A DNA stretch of 41,231 bases. Source: Armatimonadia bacterium. Lineage in GTDB: Bacteria > Armatimonadota > Zipacnadia > Zipacnadales > UBA11051. This document shows, piece by piece, positions 9,120 through 17,793 of this stretch; position 1 is the stretch's first letter; the number at the start of each line of letters is the position of its first letter. The translations under genes were made by a program, and so were the position numbers. The stretch is taken from the NCBI GenBank assembly GCA_039683575.1, contig JBDKRC010000003.1, positions 1-41,231 on the forward strand, in the 5' to 3' direction. The notes under the pieces are model-generated. The model saw nothing but the letters and a program-made list of their open reading frames with translations. It was not told the DNA's origin and searched no databases.

Positions 9120-10646
9120 TCAGAAACTCGGATCATGCGGCGGCACCACCGGCCTTACTGGCTCCGCCTCATAAGGGACGAACTGGAACGCATATAGGTC
9201 GGCATCTTGCATCCGGAACCGCAGCCTCACCGGCCTGCCCGCCAGCCCCCGCAAGTCCCCGCCATTGCCGTTCCAGCGCACGATATGCCGCAGCGTGTCC
9301 CCGCGGATCACCGGACAGTCCTCCAACGCGTACCCCTCAATCACCGTCCCGTCGGCCTCCTGCACCTCCACCTGCACCCCCGCCGCGCCGCCGGTCTCCA
9401 CGTTCAGCGCCAGACACCCGCCCTCAAACACCAGTGGCTTGGTGACAGACTCCCCGCCGCCAAAGTCCGCATGAGCCGACACAAACCCATCGAGCCGCAG
9501 CGTATAGCGCCGTACCGCCGTCCCGATCCCCTCCCAATAGTCCTCGGTTGCATACAGCGACAGCTCAGGCGGGCAATCCGCCGTCTCCGAGGGCGTCTCC
9601 AGCATCCCCCAGAACACGAAGTTGTCGCCATAGACCCAGCTTCCACGGCTGCGCGGCCCCGGCCGGATGAACGCCTCCGACCACCTCTGGAAGCTCACTC
9701 CGTCGCGGCTGCTCATGAAGACAGCATCAGTCACGACCGTACCGTAGCGCGGGTGTACCGCCGCCCGGGCCATCCGCTCGTCCGTCCCCGGCAGGTCCAG
9801 CGTCGCGTTCGACCACCCGAGGTCATTGTAGCGCATCGGAAAGCCCATGAAGATGTGCGGCGCGCGGTAGTATGGTTGAACCTGGTTGGTGTAAAGCTGC
9901 TGGCGTGGCGCGCCGGGGTAGCTCAGCCACTCAAAGTCGGAGAAATGCAGGGGATCACGTGAGGTCGAGGTGCGAATGTCGCGGCAGCCGTCGCGGAAGT
10001 CCCGGTGGTACTCCCGGTACTCCGCGCGTACCGGGTCCCAGAACAGCAAGTTCTGCGAGTCCAGCGCCCCGTCGGTGAAGATCGGCTCGGTGCTCAGCAG
10101 TCGGAAGTTCACCCCATCCCCTGATCCCATCAAGTACATCCCATGGGGCTTGCTGCCCACCACTGCCATCTTGTACCGCTCATCCGCCGGGCAATCGGGG
10201 TTCGCATCAAGCAGCACCACGGCATGGGCCGGATCTGCCCCGACTTCCTCCGCGGTCTGCTGGGTCATGATTATGTTGTTGGCCCGCGAACCGTTGAACT
10301 CGTGCAGCCCGAGCTCCGGCCGCCGCCAGTTCAGGCCATCCTCGCTCTCGGCATAGCACATTACCTGCGGATGGTCCTCCCGCGCCTGCGCCGGGGGGCC
10401 GCTGTGGCGGTAGTGCAGCCCGTGGTAGTACATCCGGTAGATCGGCCCGTCCTTGAAGATGGACTGGTATGCCGACGCGTTCCCCTCCCACGGCGCATCC
10501 GTCCGGAACACGACCTCCCGCCGCACCGGATGATGCAGCCGCAACGCCAGATCCCCGGACTTGGCCTCCATCAGCGACTCGTCCACCAGCAGTTCCAGCC
10601 GCGACCCGATCTGCACCGGCTCCTGCGTCGTCACTGCTACCACCAT
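9120..10646 (-). CDS. Hypothetical protein, glycoside hydrolase-like beta-propeller (GH32/43/130-like)
   Basis: Asp-box-like repeats (YAESEDGLNW, SGDGVNF, SSRDGVSF), YRMYY, DSQN, LRLDGFVS, DADLYAF. Start trimmed to MVVAV because the upstream extension is REP DNA. Confidence 0.75.
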   Translation of the reverse strand: MVVAVTTQEPVQIGSRLELLVDESLMEAKSGDLALRLHHPVRREVVFRTDAPWEGNASAYQSIFKDGPIYRMYYHGLHYRHSGPPAQAREDHPQVMCYAESEDGLNWRRPELGLHEFNGSRANNIIMTQQTAEEVGADPAHAVVLLDANPDCPADERYKMAVVGSKPHGMYLMGSGDGVNFRLLSTEPIFTDGALDSQNLLFWDPVRAEYREYHRDFRDGCRDIRTSTSRDPLHFSDFEWLSYPGAPRQQLYTNQVQPYYRAPHIFMGFPMRYNDLGWSNATLDLPGTDERMARAAVHPRYGTVVTDAVFMSSRDGVSFQRWSEAFIRPGPRSRGSWVYGDNFVFWGMLETPSETADCPPELSLYATEDYWEGIGTAVRRYTLRLDGFVSAHADFGGGESVTKPLVFEGGCLALNVETGGAAGVQVEVQEADGTVIEGYALEDCPVIRGDTLRHIVRWNGNGGDLRGLAGRPVRLRFRMQDADLYAFQFVPYEAEPVRPVVPPHDPSF

Positions 10647-10672
10647 CCCTGTTGCGTTTGGCGCACCAGTTG

Positions 10673-10906
10673 CCGCGTAGTGCGGGCGTCTCGCCCGCCG
10701 CCGTTCAACGGGAGCGCGAATCGACGTCTGCGTTGCAGGGCATCCTGCCTGCTCCGGCCGTAGGTGCGCGGGCATCCTGCCCGCTCCGGCTGCCTCCGGC
10801 ACCGCCCACCTGTCGCCCAAAATGGGGACGGAGCCTTCGCGCCGGTATTCACTTGGTCAGCACCGCCAGGCTAACGTCGGCGCGAAGGCTCCGTCCCCCA
10901 TTTTGG
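10673..10906. repeat. Cluster of REP-like palindromes plus a long inverted repeat
   Basis: gtagtgcgggcgtctcgcccgc (reverse complement at 23899-23924) and gcgcgggcatcctgcccgc; ~28-bp IR ccaaaatggggacggagccttcgcgccg (10817-10844) pairing with 10878-10906. Confidence 0.75.
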
Positions 10907-10927
10907 CCACCACGCGTTGCCTGACGC

Positions 10928-11818
10928 CTACTTCCGCCGCTTTACAATGAACTCCGCGAAGCTCGTCCACACCTCGGCCCGTGGCAGCCTCTCCGCCGCC
11001 CTCATCGCCCGCTCACCCACTTCCTCCGCCCGCCGCTGCGCCGCTTCCAGCCCCAGCAGGTCCGGATACGTCGCCTTCCCCGCCTCCGCGTCCGCCCCCA
11101 CCGGCTTGCCCATCTCCTCCGCGGTGCTCGTCACATCCAGCAGGTCGTCGGTGATCTGGAACAGCAGCCCCAACGCCTCGGCATACTCGGTGATCGTCGC
11201 CAGCCCCTCGGCGGGCGCCCCGGCCAGTATCGCCCCCGACCGCGCTGAGAACATGATCAGCTTCGCCGTCTTGTTGAGATGGATGAACTCCAGTTCCTGC
11301 TCGGTGTAGGGTCGGTGCTCGGTCTCGATATCCAGCGCTTCGCCCACGATCAGCCCTCGCGGGCCGGTGAACTCCGCGAACTCCCGCACACACTGCACTA
11401 CGCGCTCCGGCGGGGTCTCCGCCCGCTCGGCTTGCCGCGCCACCCACTCAAACCCGTGAATGATCAGCGCATCGGCCGCCAGCACCGCCGTCGCCTCATC
11501 GAAGGCCACATGGCACGAAGGCCGCCCGTGCCGCAGGTCCGCGTTATCAATGCAGGGCAGATCGTCATGCACCAGCGTCGCGCAGTGCATCATCTCGATG
11601 CCGCACGCCGTCGGCAGCACCAGTTGCGGGTCAAGCCCAAAGGCCTCTGCCGCCTGCATCGCCAGGAACGGCCTCACCCGTTTGCCGCCCCCCACGGCAT
11701 GCCGCATCGCCGCGGCGATCTGCGTCGGCACCTCGTCCACACGCGGCAAATACTGATCGAGAGCCGCGTCTACCAGCTCCCGCGTTGCCCCCAGGGCAGT
11801 CTTAACATCCACAGGCAT
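10928..11818 (-). CDS. ispA: Polyprenyl synthetase / geranyltranstransferase (FPP synthase)
   Basis: GGKRVRP, LVHDDLPCID..LRHG, KTA, FQITDDLLD, GKATYP; RBS GAAGGA. Confidence 0.93.
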   Translation of the reverse strand: MPVDVKTALGATRELVDAALDQYLPRVDEVPTQIAAAMRHAVGGGKRVRPFLAMQAAEAFGLDPQLVLPTACGIEMMHCATLVHDDLPCIDNADLRHGRPSCHVAFDEATAVLAADALIIHGFEWVARQAERAETPPERVVQCVREFAEFTGPRGLIVGEALDIETEHRPYTEQELEFIHLNKTAKLIMFSARSGAILAGAPAEGLATITEYAEALGLLFQITDDLLDVTSTAEEMGKPVGADAEAGKATYPDLLGLEAAQRRAEEVGERAMRAAERLPRAEVWTSFAEFIVKRRK

Positions 11819-11867
11819 CGTTCCTTCGTTTGGGGTACTCAAAAGCCGGAGTATCATCTTGAATGGT

Positions 11868-12069
11868 GGGAGGGGTCTCCAGACCCCGACGGAGCGAACA
11901 GAGACCTGCGTCACGGTTCGTAGAATACACACCTCAGTGCGCGTAGGTCGCTTCATCCCTGAACCGACGCGGGGTGGGAGCGGGTTCGAGGACGAACCCG
12001 CCTACGCGGTGTGTGGTTTGTGGTCCGTAACCTGTGTCACAAAATCGGGGTCTGGAGACCCGTCCCGCA
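11868..12069. repeat. Cluster of mixed REP-like palindromes
   Basis: ggggtctccagaccccga / tcggggtctggagacccg inverted pair enclosing gtaggtcg...cgac and gcgggttcgaggacgaacccgccctac. Confidence 0.6.
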
Positions 12070-12081
12070 GTAGTAACTGCC

Positions 12082-13092
12082 TCACGGGGTATCGCCGCCG
12101 GAGCCGATCAGGATCTCCTGCGGCTCCGCCTCGGCCACTGTCTCTTCGCTCAGGCTCCGCCGCCGCGCTTCCCGGTCGTTGTACATGGTAATCTCCCACC
12201 GCACGCGCTTGCGCCCCGGCTTCCCCGGCGACACGGTCTTCTTCGCGCCCTTGGGCAGAGTCTTGCTCGCCGAGCGCTTCACCGGCGGTGGAACCTGCTC
12301 GGTGGTCACGCACTGCTTGACCGTAACCACCACCAGCCCCGGCGTCCTGAACAGCACGTTCACCTTCTGGCCCACCCGCAGGTCTTTGCCCTCAAGTTCA
12401 GGGTTAAGCTGCCGGAACTCCGAGAGCGTCAGCCCATGCTGCGCCGCAATCTTGTCAGGATACTCGCCCTCGCGCACCTGATGTATCTCCGGCTGCGTCC
12501 GCGCCGAATTCAGCCGCGCAGCCGCCTCGGCCTCATCGGTCAGTATCTGACTCGGTACCGCCGTGCAGGGCCTAATCGTCGGCTCCGGTCGCAGTCTCGT
12601 CGCCGTTACCACGGCGTCCGTCGGCGCCCTATAGCGCAACTTCAGCCGGTCCAGCACGTTCAGCGCCGTCTCTTTGGTCGGGACGATGACCAACTGCACG
12701 CCGGCATTCTCGATCGAGCACGCCTCCTTGACCACCGTAACCTTTGGCTTCAGCACCTCCACAGCCTCGCCAACCGACAGCAGCCGCCCGTTTTCCACCG
12801 GCCGCGTGACGTCCTCCCACTTCTCGCGGAAGGTCGCCTGGCCTGGCCCGCCATCATTGGCCTGCGCCAGTAGCCGCTCGCGCACCGCCATCGCCGCCTT
12901 TTCGCTACGCACCATGGCGGCCACCTGATCATTGATCAGGATCGCGCGCCCAAGCTGCGGAGCCTTGGCGAAAAACAGCAGCATCGTCAGCATTCCGATC
13001 ACCAAAAGCGCGGTAATCAGGCACCAACGATACAGGCGCACCAGCCCCTGCGCCCTGTAGAGCTTACGTTCTAGTAGTTGAGGATCGTGCAT
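12082..13092 (-). CDS. Membrane-anchored LysM + G5 domain protein
   Basis: N-terminal TM; LysM HQVREGEYPDKIAAQHGLTLSEFRQLNP; G5 (LPKG..KTVSPGKPG...EILIG). Confidence 0.85.
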   Translation of the reverse strand: MHDPQLLERKLYRAQGLVRLYRWCLITALLVIGMLTMLLFFAKAPQLGRAILINDQVAAMVRSEKAAMAVRERLLAQANDGGPGQATFREKWEDVTRPVENGRLLSVGEAVEVLKPKVTVVKEACSIENAGVQLVIVPTKETALNVLDRLKLRYRAPTDAVVTATRLRPEPTIRPCTAVPSQILTDEAEAAARLNSARTQPEIHQVREGEYPDKIAAQHGLTLSEFRQLNPELEGKDLRVGQKVNVLFRTPGLVVVTVKQCVTTEQVPPPVKRSASKTLPKGAKKTVSPGKPGRKRVRWEITMYNDREARRRSLSEETVAEAEPQEILIGSGGDTP

Positions 13093-13234
13093 GTCGGTTC
13101 AGTCGCCGAGCACGGCGTGGTTGCCGGCCCTGCCCCTACCTATTCAACAAAATCGGCCCAGATGCCTCCTTGGGCACCTGGGCCGATCCTCATCAGTGTC
13201 TCATCTGCCCCTGCCGGCCAGTGCCGGTTCGGGC

Positions 13235-14545
13235 TTACTTCGCCAGCAGCTTGAGCAGCTCCGCCTTCGCGAGGTCCACCTGCTCATCATGCCACTTGTC
13301 GAACTTCAGGTCGGTCTTGGTCGGGTCGGGCTCGGGGAAGTACACGTCCGGCTTGATGCCGCGCTTGCCCTTCTCGTCCTTGATGCTGATGTCGCGCATC
13401 TTCGGGGTCAGGTACAGCGCCGTGGACAGGAACATCGCCGAGTCATCCTGCAGTTCGCAGATCGTCTGCACCTTGGCCTTGCCAAAGCTGTTCTGACCCA
13501 CGATCAGCGACCGCTTGGTGTCCTGCAGCGCGCCTGCCACGATCTCCGAGGCGCTCGCGCTCCCACCGTCTACCAGCGTCACCATCTTGATGTTCTTGTT
13601 GATGGCATTGCCGGGGATGGCGTTGAGCGACTTGGCCTCTGCCCCGCGCTCCTTGGTCCACACAATCGGCCCGTTATCGATGAACATGCTGCCGACTTCC
13701 ACCGCGACATCCAGGATGCCGCCCGGGTCCATGGACATGTCGAACACGAGCGACTTCATGCCCTTCTTGGTGAGGTCCGCGATCGCGTTGTTCATCTCTT
13801 GCGTCGCGTTCTGGTTGAACGACCGCAGCCAGATGTAGCCGATCTTCTTCTCGTCGTCGAGCATCTTGTACTCAACAACCTTGACCTCGATGTTCGCGCG
13901 GACCACCTTGATCTCGATGGGCTTCTCACTGCCCTTGCGGACCACCAGGAGCTTCACCTCGGTGCCCCGTGGCCCACGAATCAGGCCCACGACCGCGTTC
14001 AGCGTCATGCCGTCCACGATCTTGTCATCAACCTTGACAATGACATCCAGCGGCCGCAGGTTGGTCTTGGCCGCGGGACCCTCGGGCAGGATGGACGAGA
14101 TTACTACCTCGTCCCGCCCCTTCTCGTCCGCCTTGGCCTCCAGTACCGCGCCAATGCCGTCAAAATGCCCGGAAGTGTCAGTCCGGAAGTCTTTGAACTC
14201 CTCGGGATCCAGGAACCGGGTATAAGGATCGTCCAGCGAAGCCAGCATGCCGCGAATCGCGCCATACGTCAGCTTCTTCTCGTCCTTAACCGGGTATACG
14301 AACTGCTGCTTGACCTTCTCCCGCACTTCCCAGATGACCTCAAGGGCGTTGAGATTGGTCGCTGCGGGGATGTCATAGTCCCGCTTGTGCTCAAAGGCGC
14401 CTGACGTGATCTGCGCCACGCGCGTCGCTGCGTTCAGGAAGATCCCCTTGCCCAAACCCAGCCCTGTCACCGTGCCCGCACCAAAGGCCATGACGACCAA
14501 TACGAGCGCCAGCGCGATGAAAACCCGCTGCTGATTCTGATTCAA
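13235..14545 (-). CDS. ctpA: Carboxyl-terminal processing protease, S41A family
   Basis: LDDPYT, PDZ GIGA, DPGG, SASASEI, SFGK; TTG start with GGAGGA RBS. Confidence 0.92.
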   Translation of the reverse strand: MNQNQQRVFIALALVLVVMAFGAGTVTGLGLGKGIFLNAATRVAQITSGAFEHKRDYDIPAATNLNALEVIWEVREKVKQQFVYPVKDEKKLTYGAIRGMLASLDDPYTRFLDPEEFKDFRTDTSGHFDGIGAVLEAKADEKGRDEVVISSILPEGPAAKTNLRPLDVIVKVDDKIVDGMTLNAVVGLIRGPRGTEVKLLVVRKGSEKPIEIKVVRANIEVKVVEYKMLDDEKKIGYIWLRSFNQNATQEMNNAIADLTKKGMKSLVFDMSMDPGGILDVAVEVGSMFIDNGPIVWTKERGAEAKSLNAIPGNAINKNIKMVTLVDGGSASASEIVAGALQDTKRSLIVGQNSFGKAKVQTICELQDDSAMFLSTALYLTPKMRDISIKDEKGKRGIKPDVYFPEPDPTKTDLKFDKWHDEQVDLAKAELLKLLAK

Positions 14546-14692
14546 ATTCGTCCTCCAATCCGCCAGAAGGCGGTATCAGTGCTGAAATCCGTCCATCTCG
14601 CGGGGGGCCGGCACTCCGTGGCGGCCCACCCAAAGCCCTCTTCATAAGACGGGCGTCTCGCCCATCTTCCCCCGTCACTACCGCTCTCCCCT

Positions 14693-14730
14693 TGTCATGC
14701 TGAGGAGCGCCGTTTGCGACGAAGCATCTC
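14693..14730. repeat. Solo arm of TGTCAT-family repeat
   Basis: tgtcatgctgaggagcgccgtttgcgacgaagcatctc, identical to 4471-4508. Confidence 0.8.
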
Positions 14731-14755
14731 TCTTGCCACCCCCGCCGCGCCTTGC

Positions 14756-15901
14756 CTAGAACGGCGACACCGGCCTCCCAAACCTCCGCACTCCGAAGTG
14801 CAGATGGTTGCCCGTCGACCACCCCGTGCTGTCCACGCTGGCTATCGCCTGGCCGCGGCTCACGACCTGCCCGGTGCTCACCCGCAAGCTACCCCTCATG
14901 CAATGCCCGTACAGCGTTGACACGCCGCTGCCGTGATCGATCAAAATCGCCAGCCCATAGGGCCCCCACCAGCCCGCGTGCACTATCCGGCCCTTATCCG
15001 CCGCGCGAATACACGTTCCACCGGAACAGGCCAGGTCCACGCCGTCGTGGAACCGTCGCGTGTGGGTGAGCGGGTGAATCCGCCACCCAAACTGGCTCGT
15101 CAGCCGCCCCGGCACCGGCCGCAGGAAGCTTCCCCCCCACTTGCCGGAGTACGCTCCTGCGCTGCTCCCACCCCGCTGCACCCGCGCCAACATTGATTCG
15201 ATGTCCCTCGAGGCCTCTTCCATCGCCGCCAACTGCCGCTCGGCCTCCAGGCGATCCTGGTTCGCGGCCTTGAGCCTCGTCTCGGCGACCTCAGCCTTCA
15301 CCGCCACATTGTTCCGTTCCCGCTGCACTGCCAGCTTGGCCTCCGCTTCCTCGCGCTCCTTATCCTCCAGCCGGGCCTTCTGCGTCGCCAGCGCCTGCCG
15401 CGTCGCCAGAAGCTCTCGCAGGAGCGACTGGTCGCGGTTGGCGATGGACTGCGTTATCTCCGCCCGCTCGGTGAAATCCGCGAAGGTGGTAGCATCCAGA
15501 ACGACTTCCAGGTACGAGGGGTTCCCGGCCTCATACTGGGCCAGAATCCGCGCCTCCATCCGCTTGCGTTGCGCCTGGTGCCGAACCTTGGCCTGCTTGT
15601 GCTCCTGGCGCACCACGGTGAGCGTCGAACGCGTGTTGCTGAGCCTCGCCGCCGCCTGCCGGAGCGAGTGCTGCGCCTCGTCCAGGTCCACTTGCGCCTT
15701 CACCAGTTTGTTCTTCTGCGTTGCCTGCTCAGCTTTGATGTTCCGGATCTCCTTGCGGATCTGCCGGATCTTGCTGCGCACGACGGTATGCTTCTTCCGC
15801 AATGACGAATGCCGGCTCTGGGCGTTCGCATCAAACGTTTCAGTAGTCATCAGCAGACAGAGTGCGATGAGTAATCCGGCCATCCCGAATCGTTGTTTCA
15901 A
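14756..15901 (-). CDS. Coiled-coil M23 peptidase (EnvC/CwlO-like murein hydrolase or activator)
   Basis: Signal peptide, long coiled coil, M23 HDGVD, LYGH, STGNHLHF; lies downstream of ftsEX. Confidence 0.9.
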   Translation of the reverse strand: MKQRFGMAGLLIALCLLMTTETFDANAQSRHSSLRKKHTVVRSKIRQIRKEIRNIKAEQATQKNKLVKAQVDLDEAQHSLRQAAARLSNTRSTLTVVRQEHKQAKVRHQAQRKRMEARILAQYEAGNPSYLEVVLDATTFADFTERAEITQSIANRDQSLLRELLATRQALATQKARLEDKEREEAEAKLAVQRERNNVAVKAEVAETRLKAANQDRLEAERQLAAMEEASRDIESMLARVQRGGSSAGAYSGKWGGSFLRPVPGRLTSQFGWRIHPLTHTRRFHDGVDLACSGGTCIRAADKGRIVHAGWWGPYGLAILIDHGSGVSTLYGHCMRGSLRVSTGQVVSRGQAIASVDSTGWSTGNHLHFGVRRFGRPVSPF

Positions 15902-15952
15902 GTGTCCGCTGACCTCCCTTCACCGTCGGTACTCTAGTTCACGTCGCTCCGC

Positions 15953-16008
15953 GTACGCCGGGTATCTCGCCCGGCTCTGGCCCGCGTAGGCCGGGCGTCT
16001 CGCCCGGC
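15953..16008. repeat. Two direct REP-like palindromes
   Basis: gtacgccgggtatctcgcccggc and gtaggccgggcgtctcgcccggc. Confidence 0.65.
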
Positions 16009-16018
16009 TTCCACTACC

Positions 16019-16897
16019 TTAGATCAACCTCAGGTAGTGCCTTGTTCCCACCAGACTCCCCACCACTCCAAACACCACACCCAGCACGACCATCCCCGCC
16101 GCGCACATCGCCATGAACTGTGTGTTATATACCAGCTCCAAAAACGCCAGGCTCTGCGCGATGCTGCTATGGAGGTACGAGTACCCCACCAGCAGCAGCA
16201 CCGCCGCCAGGATGCCGCCCAGCAGCCCCTGCACCGCTCCCTCAATCAGAAATGGCGCCCTGATGAAGTTGTTGGTCGCCCCCACAAGCTGCATGATGCG
16301 GATCTCGCGCCGCCGCGAGTGTACCCCAAGCTGGATCGTGGTGCTCACCAGCATCAACGCCGCCAGCACCATGACCCCACCCAACACCATCCCCATCAGC
16401 CTGATCCCATCGGCCACGTGCAGCAGCTTCTCCGCCACGTCCTTTTGGTACCGCACCTTTGACACGCCGGCGATGCTCTTGGCCTGCTGCGCCACCGCCG
16501 TCAGGTACTGCGGCTCGGTCACCGTCACCCGGATCATGTCCGGCAGCGGGTTGGTGATGGAGTTCTTGAGGTCCTTGTACGGCAGGTTGACCGACTTGGC
16601 GTACTCTTCCAACGCCTGGTCCTTGGAGACAAACGTCGTCTGCTTCACCCGGGTGTCGCTGTAGAGCTTGGTCTCTACCTTCTTGGGGTCAACCTTGTCC
16701 TTAAGCTGCACGCTGATTGTCGCCTCACGCGCCAGCCCGCTCGCGATATGCTCGACGTTGTAGGCTGCCACAAAGAACCCGCCCACGATGGCCAGCGAGA
16801 TCGCGATATTGGCCACCGCTCCCAGCGCCACCAGCGGATGGCGCCTCAGCGCGTTCCAGGCCTGGATCAGCACCAGCTCAGCCGAATTAGGTCCCAT
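16019..16897 (-). CDS. ftsX: Cell division permease FtsX
   Basis: 4 TM segments, NPLPD, RRREIRIMQLVGAT..FIRAPFLIEG; follows ftsE. Confidence 0.93.
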   Translation of the reverse strand: MGPNSAELVLIQAWNALRRHPLVALGAVANIAISLAIVGGFFVAAYNVEHIASGLAREATISVQLKDKVDPKKVETKLYSDTRVKQTTFVSKDQALEEYAKSVNLPYKDLKNSITNPLPDMIRVTVTEPQYLTAVAQQAKSIAGVSKVRYQKDVAEKLLHVADGIRLMGMVLGGVMVLAALMLVSTTIQLGVHSRRREIRIMQLVGATNNFIRAPFLIEGAVQGLLGGILAAVLLLVGYSYLHSSIAQSLAFLELVYNTQFMAMCAAGMVVLGVVFGVVGSLVGTRHYLRLI

Positions 16898-17573
16898 CGT
16901 ACGTGCCTCCTTCTTTGGCATCCCGCACGATAGTCCCCTGCACCAGGCTGATGACCCGGCGCCCCAGCTTATCCACTATGTACTTGTCATGGGTCGCCAC
17001 AACCACTGTAGTGCCGTTATCGGCAATCTGCGACAAGAGCTGCACGATATCCCAGGAGGTGTCCGGGTCGAGGTTTCCCGTCGGCTCGTCAGCGATCAGC
17101 ACCGGCGGGGTGTTGATCAGCGCCCGCGCAATGCAGATGCGCTGCTGCTCGCCGCCTGATAGCTGATGCGGGAAAGACTGCGCCTTGTCCCCCAGCCCCA
17201 CCAGTTCCAGCGCAATCGGCACTCGCCGGTACTTCTCCGCCCGGCTGACCCCCACTACATCCAGCGCAAAGCCCACATTCTCAAAGGCAGTCTTGTCGGG
17301 CAGCAGCCGGTAATCCTGGAAGATCACGCCGACCCGCCGCCGCAGCGCCGGAACCCGCTTCGGGGGCAACTGCGCCACATCCTGCCCGCCCACGATCACG
17401 CGCCCCTCAGTGGCGACATGCTCGCGGTAGATCAGCCGCACGAGTGACGACTTGCCGCTACCCGACGCCCCCACCACAAACGCAAACTCGCCGCGTTCGA
17501 TGTGCAGGTCAATCCCGCGCAGCGCCCGCGTCCCGTCGGGGTAGAGTAGTCCTACCCCCTGCATATGTATCAT
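16887..17573 (-). CDS. ftsE: Cell division ATP-binding protein FtsE
   Basis: GASGSGKS, FQDYRLL, LSGGEQQR, ADEPTGNLDP, ATHD. Confidence 0.95.
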   Translation of the reverse strand: MIHMQGVGLLYPDGTRALRGIDLHIERGEFAFVVGASGSGKSSLVRLIYREHVATEGRVIVGGQDVAQLPPKRVPALRRRVGVIFQDYRLLPDKTAFENVGFALDVVGVSRAEKYRRVPIALELVGLGDKAQSFPHQLSGGEQQRICIARALINTPPVLIADEPTGNLDPDTSWDIVQLLSQIADNGTTVVVATHDKYIVDKLGRRVISLVQGTIVRDAKEGGTYDGT

Positions 17574-17633
17574 AAGAAACGTCTCCGTTACGTGCTATGA
17601 CCCAGTTCTGCGACCCTTGCTCCAAACCTCAAA

Positions 17634-17662
17634 ATTATACCAAACCAGCGACCCAGGCGCAA
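17634..17662 (-). promoter_or_regulatory. Sigma70-type promoter for the ftsEX operon
   Basis: Minus strand TTGCGC-17 nt-TATAAT with an extended -10 TG. Confidence 0.65.
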
Positions 17663-17793
17663 ACAGCCCCCGCCCGCTACTCATACCTGCTGCCTGTAGG
17701 AGCGGTCACCAGACCGCGACAGTCCCCGACCAACCTCCGCCTCTCCCACCAACCCCTTCTAGTCACAAACATCCCCCATCCTTCCGATGTTCC

